From Amoebidium appalachense (lineage: Eukaryota > Protista > Ichthyosporea): a DNA stretch of 64,000 bases. Of the stretch, positions 55,699-64,000 are shown piece by piece. The notes under the pieces are model-generated. The model had not been told where the DNA came from. It did no database searches and worked only from the letters and a program-made list of their open reading frames with translations. Each line of letters opens with the position of its first letter. Within the stretch, counting starts at the first letter, position 1. The DNA lies in assembly GCA_963693365.1 (NCBI GenBank), contig CAVNZM010000009.1, positions 5,214,245 to 5,278,244 of the forward strand. Direction: 5' to 3'. Position numbers and translations under genes: made by a program.

Positions 55699-57200
55699 GT
55701 ACACCAGTGCGCTCTGAGCCAGAACACAACACAGGGTCGTCGGACCCTGCTTCGCCAATTTCGTCGTCGGGTTTTACTAGTGCAGGTGACGGCGCCCAGT
55801 CACAAGTACCACCTTCGCCAATGGCACAACCGCCCCGTAAGCGTGCCAAGGTGACACTGGAGCCCGAGGTAACTGACTTATCGAGTCGTATATACCCGAA
55901 GTGGACCCACCAGTGTCGCCGGTCCCAATATCAACCAATGATTGCAACCCTTGCCCCACTGTGCCCATCCCCGTCTCTCTCCGGTCAAAATGGCCCGGGA
56001 ATGTCAGTGAGTCTGTGTTTACACACTACTGCAACAGCGCAGACCCAGTTCAATATGACGTCACCCCCGTGCCGATGGATGCTTTCTGATTCAACCACAA
56101 CGACACCTTTGGTTTCCGTCCAAGATTTTCATGGGAAATGAATTTCTGTTTCATCATCACCGCATTGGACGGATTAAACTGTGGGCTGATAAAATCCAAC
56201 GTGCCACCCGTACCACCCGTACATCTTAAGCCAACCGGACTGGACGTTTGGGACCGGATGATTGCTGCCTTAAAGCACCGCGAGAAGCTTACAGCAAATA
56301 TCCGGGCCATTGCTCATCGTCTGGCACGGGTGTGGAAGGTAACACGATTCAGGATTTGGGACATAAATCCAACGGACAAGTTGTTTGACGCGCTTCAATG
56401 TGACATTAGCGGTTCGGATTGCCTCACGGGTGTCCCGCTGGATGGGTCTAGTCGTCCGCTATTCCGAGACAACGTGGTACCCCCTCCCGTGACAATCATA
56501 ACCGCTACATGCGTTAAATGCACTGGCGTGTCTACGCGTGTGTTGTGTTTCATCGATGCCGAGCTTCGCACCCGACGTCGCCGTGAAAGGATGGACCACA
56601 AGGAGATTTACATTGTCAATCCCATGGAAAACATAGCGGGTACCCATTTCTTCGATGGCGACTGCACTGAATATGGCAGGGAATTTCAAAGCCCAACCTC
56701 GGTTTGCACAACGTGCAATTCCAAGGGCACGGTGCGGGGCAACGTTTTAATACTTCCTAGAATTCTCTTCGTCCACATGTCAGTTGCAATCCGTGCCGCC
56801 TGTTCATGTCATGAATTGCGTGAACTTTATGGGGCGCCAATACCGTCTTGCCTACATTGGTCTTCACAAACCAGGTCACCGTTTCGGTGTGGCACCCGCA
56901 TTCAAGTGGAAAAATGGGAGGCCATATCATCTCCACTGCGACGGTTTTGGAATGACCACTGAAAAACCAGACACTGAGCTATGGGAGAGCAACACGGGTC
57001 CTACCAATGTCTCTGTTCAAATGTCTCGGGAAGGTGGCGAGTGCGAAGGCTGGTGCCCATTATATGTTAATAAGTTGAACTGGGCACGCATTAAGGATGT
57101 GCATCTCAACTTCATGGTGTATGTGCCCGCCCAGGAACCACTGGTAGGCGTGGGCTCCCGCAAACTGACGTATGCCAAGTCAACTGTGGATGTAGTGTAG
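55699..57200 (+). pseudogene. Degraded USP/peptidase C19-like deubiquitinase
   Basis: Cys box FSWEMNFCFIITAL, CVKC...CTTC zinc pair, LPRILFVHM, His box YRLAYIGLHKPGHRF, HCDG, LNFMVYV; in-frame TGA at 56087-56089 and frameshifts near 55900 and 56785; acceptor-like CTAAC...CAG at 55698. Confidence 0.68.
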
Positions 57201-57820
57201 ACGACCGTCGACCCTTGTGGATATCGGAGTTTTTTTTTTTTTTTTGTGTTTTTTTGTTTTTTTTTGCTGCCAACATGATGCCATTATCGTTTGAACTGGA
57301 ATGAAGGACTTAATGCCTGCTCGTATTTAAATACACCATGAATGTGCTGGTTGCATGCTGTCTGGATTTATTTCATGTAGGTGTATAAGTATAAGATCAA
57401 GATTGAAAATTATGCATAGAAGATATTTTAAACTAGTACGAATATAACATGAATTGGCTGCAGCAGCTGTGTATGGTTCTTTAACGTAGTGATAAGGCTA
57501 AAACATACAAAATATATATGCTGTCCGCCGGCAGGGGGCCCGGGGTTTTATTCCATGTGAGCGGTACTTAGTCTATGTAAACCCAATTTAACATTGTGAT
57601 GTAAGAATGATTAAGAATACAACTGATGATTACGACTATATCATAATGGTGTATTATGGCTTCTGTAAGGTAAATGCAATGGCGTTAAATACATACAAAC
57701 CACATGATACTACACCATTTGCAACGAGTTGGTAAAATCCTGCTATCAGTGGCCATGATTTCTTTTCGACCAACACAAAAAAGCAACAAGCTCAGGACAC
57801 TATAATGATTATACCACAAC

Positions 57821-57857
<37 letters not shown>

Positions 57858-57926
57858 TGGTCCCCCCCCGAATACATCATTTGCACCAAGATGATAAAAA
57901 ACTGGTAACAGTAGACATGATCTTTT

Positions 57927-58851
57927 TGTTGTAATACGTAGTATTTACATATGGTAAGATCTTCTCAGTTTGTGTTATGTTTCAGTTCATATGCTTAGTG
58001 TAAATGCCACACTCCTATTATGTAAAGTGTAGCATCGATCTCCGATATGCTTGTATACTTGTAATCGTGTTGTATCGGCTTTAATCGTGTATTGTAATAT
58101 CGATTAGAATATTTATATGTGTGTACACGGATCCACCCACTCAGGGAGAGACGTGTACATGTTCGTGTGTACATAAATATCTCTGGTTATAGTTATGCTA
58201 TTACTATCTTGTTTGTTGATCTGTGCTCTCTTTTCCTTCCTCTTTCTCCTTCCTTATTTTCTTTTCTTTCTCTCCTTGTCTTCATGTGTATAATCGTATT
58301 TCTTTTCTACTAATATATGTTAGGTAGATTTGTGTTACTTAATACGTGTTCATTGGACGGTAACACACTTAGGCTACACTTAGAATAGCATGTGTGTTTA
58401 GACTTCATTAATTCACTTTAGTTTTCATGTGTTGCCGGGCTTTAACCAATCATCAAGGTTAAGTGTGATATGTCTGAGTCTTTGCAGTATGTCATAGGTT
58501 AGAACTTCCTTGATGATGACACGAGTTGATCTTAACTAGTGTCTGTGTCCTATCGTGTACGCCTCCGCGTACCGGATCTCTCTGAAAGCAATTGGTTCTT
58601 AGTGATTGGTTTCTATTAGAGATGGATCTGATTTCCGACTGGTCGGAAATCATGTATGGATTGGACTTAGAGGAATTTCAGGTATTTATTCGAAGATCAG
58701 AATAAATTCAGTTCAGTCGTGTCTAAACATTGATGTCTGTTGTGTACACTGCTCCGATCGTTCCGTGTTTTGTTGTTGTGTGTGTCTGTGGTGTTTTCAC
58801 ACTGCACCACTGTGTCTCTGCTTACATCCTAAATACTTATAGAAATTAACA
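57927..58851 (+). repeat. 5' LTR of copia element
   Basis: First 244 nt appear identical to 63757-64000; ends CA immediately before the PBS. Confidence 0.9.
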
Positions 58852-58864
58852 GGTTATGCAGCCC
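58852..58864 (+). promoter_or_regulatory. Copia/Ty5-type PBS for the initiator tRNA-Met half molecule
   Basis: GGTTATGCAGCCC resembles the GGTTATG(A/G)GCCC anticodon-arm-complementary PBS. Confidence 0.75.
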
Positions 58865-58913
58865 TTTTGTACGCTCCCTACACACATCTAGAACTCGCGC
58901 TCGTTTTTCAATC

Positions 58914-61900
58914 ATGGATCCAAACAAAACTGGCGTAAACAAAATCACCATGTGGAAAGGTGAAGGGAAGACTGGTCCCGATAGCAAAACTACCTATTTT
59001 CAATGGGAAATCATTTTTCTCGGCATGATGACCGGCACTAAAGGTGTCCGACTCGTGGATGTTGTCCTTGCTGACAACTACGTCCCCCCTACCACCGTCG
59101 CGGTTGACGGTGAACCCCCCTTCTATGGCTACGGCACTACCGCGGAACTCAAAGAGGCCCGCAATTGCCTCCTGCTCCATATGATACAGAACATCGACCC
59201 TTCCGTCCTCACCACCGTTGCCCAGTACCGTATTGGCATGGACCCTGAACGGGCCATGTGGAAATTCCGTCAACACTATCTCCAAGGCAAACCCGATCAG
59301 ATCCGCATCCTTCACCGTCAGTGGGATGCCTGTGCCCTTCAGCCCGGTGAATCATTCACCACCTACCTGAGCCGTCTGCAGACCATCGTGAACCAGCTCC
59401 AGTCTCTCCAAGATGAGTCCATTCACTTCACTCGTCTAGCTGAGAAGTTCTTCAATGAACTCACCACCAGAGACGACCTCACCCCCTGAGTTCAATCGTC
59501 TTATCGAAGACTATCACTTCGGTGATAAGCTATTCCCCGACTTCGAGTCCCTCCATAACCACGTCAAGGGCATCGAGTTACGTCAAGACCTCAAGATGCA
59601 ACTCCGGAACAACCGTGCCCACCGTGCCTCCAAGTCCAGCATGGCATTAAATGCCAGTGCTCCCCCCCGTGATCTTCCTCGCCGTGACTTACGCACCCGA
59701 CTTGACCGTACCTCTGGCACGGACCTCCGAACTCGTCTCTCCCGTCAGCACACCCGATCCCGTTCCCCCCACCGGGCTGCCTTCCGGTCCACGTCTCGTT
59801 CCCCCAGTCGTTCCCGTTTCTCGGGTTCCCGTCGTTCTGATTCCCCGGCTCGTTCTAACACCCCGTCCGTGAAAGAATGCTCCTACTGCCACGAGCCTGA
59901 TCACACGATCATCGATTGCCCTGAGCCGAAATGCCGTATGTCCAGACACAACCGTTCCCGTCAAGGCAGTGAGAAATCTGTCTCCTTTGCTTTCTCGGCA
60001 TACAATGCTAGCTCCGTCCCCGTGTCCTCCGACCCTGCCTGGGATTCCGGGTGCAACATGACTGTTTGCCCCACCCGTGAGTTCTTCCATGACCTCACTC
60101 CCCTTCCGACACCGACTCCCGTTGCTGCCTTCAATGGCACCCCCGTCTTGGCCACTCACACCGGCCATATCGTCATCAACACCACCACCGACCATGGCAC
60201 TACCACCCTAACCATTGAAGCCTACTACACCCCGTCTGGCCAAGCCTTCCTCATTTCAACATCCCAAGCTGCTGCCGAATACATCAAGGGTGATTTGAAC
60301 GATGCCTCCACTCCGTCATTCCTCTTCGACCGACTCACCGGCCGTCATCTCGTCAACCTCCGTCTACACAACGGTCTGTATTACTTCAAGGACTACACCA
60401 TTCAACCACCCACTCGTCCTGTGGCTCTGGCTGCCACTACCAGTGTTAACCCATCCATCTGGCACCATCGTCTGGGGCACCGAGCTATGACCAGCATCAA
60501 GGACATGGTGAAACACGACCTTGTTATTGGTCTCCCCTCCTCTGTCCTCGACTGTGATGTTCCTGATTGTCATGGCTGCATTATGGGTAAGACCACCAAG
60601 GCTCCGTTCAGGGGTGACCGTCCTCACTCCAACATCCCCGGTCATGAATGGCATTGGGATTTTTTTGAGCCTACCACAACATCGTACGGAGGTTCCAAGG
60701 TTGCTCTCGTCACTGTCTGCCGTGCCTCTGGCCTCGTCAAGATCTACCCGATGGCCGACCGTACCACCACCCTGGATATTCTCACAGCTCACACCAACCT
60801 CGTTGCCACCCATGCCCCCTCCAAAGTTGGTGTTTACCACTTCGACTCCGGCTCTGAGTTCACCTCCAAGGATACCCGTGCTTTTTGCCTCTCCCAGGGC
60901 ATCAAGGCCAGCTATGCTCCGGTGGACTGCCCTCAACTGAACGGCTATGTTGAACGACGTATGCGGTTCCTCCAAGAGATTGTCCGTTGCCTCCTCCATC
61001 AAGTCCAAGATCAGTCTCTGTCTCCCAAACTGTGGGCTGAGGCCCTCCAACATGCCGCCTACATCATCAACGTCACCCCGTCCACGACTGCCAATGGTCG
61101 TACACCATTCGAGGTTTTCTACGGTGTCAAGCCCGACATCTCCGAGCTCAAAGTGTTCGGTTGCCCTGCCTACACTCACGTGCCAGCCTCTAAACGGAAC
61201 AAGCTGGCCCCCACCGTCAAACTCGGCATGTATATCGGCTATGATCTTCAATCACACTGCCACCGGATCTTCAATGCCACCACCCATCGTGTCGGCCTCT
61301 TCCGTGATGTGATTTTCGACGAATCAGCTTATCTCCCGTCCGACATTCCATCAACCCTTCCGACCCCCGACACCACTGCTACCTCGACCACCCCACCCCC
61401 CACAGTTGACACTGAAGATGATGTTTGTCTGGTGTACTCTGGCCCCCCTCCTGCCATCGTCGTTCCCCCGACACCCCCCCCCCACCGGCCCCCCTGCCCC
61501 CGTGCCCGTCCAGCCTGCCGACCCTCATCCTGGCCCTGGCAACGTCACACCCATCCGACCCGGCTCCCCCGACAACTTCCACTCGGCCCCGTCCAGCCCG
61601 GAGGTTGCCCCCCCTGCACTTCCGAACTTCCAAGTTCCCCCCCCACCGTCTCCACCTACCCCGGTTCCTGCACCCCGTCGTTCTGCCCGTCTCCAGGGCA
61701 AGGTTGGACTTCAAGCCACCACCACCCTGCCAGTCCCCCCCGGTCCCCCCATCAACATCGACCAACTACCCAAACTTGTCCGTCAACTCTGTTCCGGACC
61801 CAATGGTGATCAGGTCAAGTCAGCCCTGACTGCTGAGTATCAAGCCTTCGTCGACAAAGACATCTTTGAACTTGTTGACCCTCCCCCTGGTGCTAACATC

Positions 61901-63322
61901 GTCGGCTTCAAGTGGATTGTCTCCGAGAAAACTCTCAACTCGGCTGGTGACACCAAGATCAAGGCACGTGGTGTTGCTCAAGGCTTCAGTCAGCAATACG
62001 GTGTTGACTATGAGTTGATTGAGAGCCCTGTCATCCGTCCGGCTGCTCTCCGTGCCATCCTAGCTCTGGCCGTTGTTGAAGGTCATGACATACATCAACT
62101 CGACGTGTCTACGGCCTTTCTCAACAGCCCACTCACCGAGACCATCTACATGAAACAACCCCCGGGATTCATCACCATGGCCACACTTGGCAAGGTCTGG
62201 AGACTCAAGAAAGCCCTGTACGGCCTCAAGCAAGCCTCCAAGGCTTGGTACGACTTCCTCGACGGCATTCTTCTTGCCCATGGCCTGACCCGTACTAAGA
62301 CCGACCCGTGCATCTACCTCCGGTTCTTCCCCAACAACGATGTGGTACGGGCTGGTAACTACGTCGATGACTCCACCATCACCAACACCCGGGGTTCTAC
62401 TGCTGCCAGTGACCTGGCTGCCCACATCAGCAAGATGGCCAGCTGTCGTATGAGTCCATTTGACCGTATGCTCGGTGTTGATTTTAATCACTCTGATCCC
62501 CATCACCTCCACATGCACCAGAGGTCTTACATCATGGATATCATCCACGACTTCAACCTCACCGATGCCAAGTCCAAGTCTACCCCCATCCCTGCAGGCA
62601 CCACCGTCTCCCTGGCTGATTGCCCCCCCCAACCGTTCACCGTGCCCTACCGTGAGTTACTCGGCCGTCTCCTCTGGGTGGCACGGTGCACACGTCCCGA
62701 CATTGCCTATGCCATCGGCTTCCTTGGTCGGTTCAGCACCAACCCCGGCAAGACTCACTGGGACCTTCTCCGTCGTGTGGCCCGGTACCTGCTCGGCACC
62801 ATTGACCTTGGCATTGACTACAAGTACTCGGCCACCCAGTCCCCCATACTCGAATGCTACACGGATGCTGACTTTGCTGGTTGTGCCGACAGCAAGAAGT
62901 CTACCACCGGCTACATTATCGTGTTTGCTGGTATGCCCGTCATCTGGTACTCCAAGCTCCAGCCCATCACGGCCACCAGCACCACTGAAGCTGAGCTGAT
63001 TGCTCTCAATGCTGGCACCCAAGAAGTTGCTTGGGTCCGTGACCTCTTCAAGGAACTCGGCTGTCCCATGCTTGCTCCGACTCCGGTGTACTGTGACAAC
63101 CAGTCGACCATTGCCATCGTCAACTCCACCGGCATCAAGCACCGTACCAAACACATTGCCGTCCGGTATCACAACACCAAGGACTACATTGCCAGTGGGG
63201 ACGTGGTTGTCCACTACGTTGAGTCAGCCCACAACTTAGCTGACATACTCACCAAACCCCTCCCCGGCCCGAGTCATGTCCACCATCGTGCTCGACTTTG
63301 TTTACCGGATATTGTGGATTGA
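58914..63322 (+). CDS. Copia gag-pol polyprotein, two apparent frameshifts at C-runs (~59485, ~61480)
   Basis: CSYCHEPDHTIIDC, WDSGC, WHHRLGH...CHGC, FDSGSEF, PQLNGYVER, KARGVAQGFSQQYGVDY, QLDVSTAFLN, LYGLKQA, YVDD, YTDADFAG, STTEAE, CDNQS, ADILTKPL. Confidence 0.96.
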
Positions 63323-63756
63323 CCCGACCTACTTCAAGAGTGATTTTCTCATGTGTACTACTTACTTTATCAACATCATTATATCATATGTATTGCCTTT
63401 GTGGGTATGCCCACTTAGGGTTTATATATAAGGTTTGACCTGTACCATCACTCTACTCTATCTTTCACTGGTTTAAAACCCAGTTAATCAAACACCGCCT
63501 ATACACGTTATATATATTCGTTGTTTTTGCCCCGGTTCCTTCCCCCCCCCTCCCCCCCCCCCTTCCCCCCCCCCTTCCCCCCCCCCCTTCCCCCCCCCCC
63601 CCCTCCCCCCCCCCCCTCTCCCCCTCCCCCCCCCCCCCCCCCCCCCCGGGAAAAGTACACACTTTAATTTTTTTTTCCGTTTCTGTTCTCAAGTGGGGAG
63701 ATTTCACTAGTTCAGTGGGGATATGATAACACAAACTTCAAAGTCTTAAGTGGGGA

Positions 63757-64000
63757 TGTTGTAATACGTAGTATTTACATATGGTAAGATCTTCTCAGTT
63801 TGTGTTATGTTTCAGTTCATATGCTTAGTGTAAATGCCACACTCCTATTATGTAAAGTGTAGCATCGATCTCCGATATGCTTGTATACTTGTAATCGTGT
63901 TGTATCGGCTTTAATCGTGTATTGTAATATCGATTAGAATATTTATATGTGTGTACACGGATCCACCCACTCAGGGAGAGACGTGTACATGTTCGTGTGT
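63757..64000 (+). repeat. 3' LTR of copia element (partial)
   Basis: Matches the 5' LTR from 57927; preceded by the polypurine tract. Confidence 0.95.

Larger units (their letters stand above)
57927..64000 (+). mobile_element. Young Ty1/copia LTR retrotransposon (3' LTR runs off the window)
   Basis: 5' LTR 57927-58851 (TGTTG...TTAACA), PBS, gag-PR-IN-RT-RH order, PPT AAGTGGGGA, 3' LTR from 63757. Confidence 0.97.

Noticed and set aside
58908-63214. Long antisense ORFs over copia pol
   Set aside because: Expected shadows of C-ending codon bias; no motifs.

Overview
Eukaryotic, intron-rich genomic DNA full of poly-C/poly-G tracts and (CA)n/(GA)n microsatellites; most six-frame ORFs are simple-repeat artefacts. 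0.7-16.6 kb (+): a 15-16 exon Cid1/URT1/TUT4-7-type terminal uridylyltransferase gene with a long Pro/Gly-rich N-terminus (start upstream of the window). Its introns carry a structured repeat family (453-nt unit, partial-tandem copies, shared 3' end) that is repeatedly bordered by poly-C tracts. 25.8 to about 20 kb (-): a convergent multi-exon gene with an N-terminal C2H2 finger. 27-64 kb is transposon territory: two microsatellite-carrying non-autonomous Helitron-like copies; a truncated DNA-transposon-type ORF; a chromodomain Ty3/gypsy element (35235-51632, -) split by an 8.6-kb TIR element containing a 184-bp satellite; a palindromic 42-bp minisatellite next to a USP-type peptidase pseudogene; and a young Ty1/copia element (57927 to beyond the window end). 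The most unusual signals are the poly-C-associated structured repeat family and the gypsy element's features: a primer-binding site matching the 5' 16 nt of tRNA-Ala rather than a 3' CCA end, an in-frame gag UAG followed by hairpins, and a hydrophobic Gag N-terminal extension. All calls were made by eye; no searches or folding programs were run.
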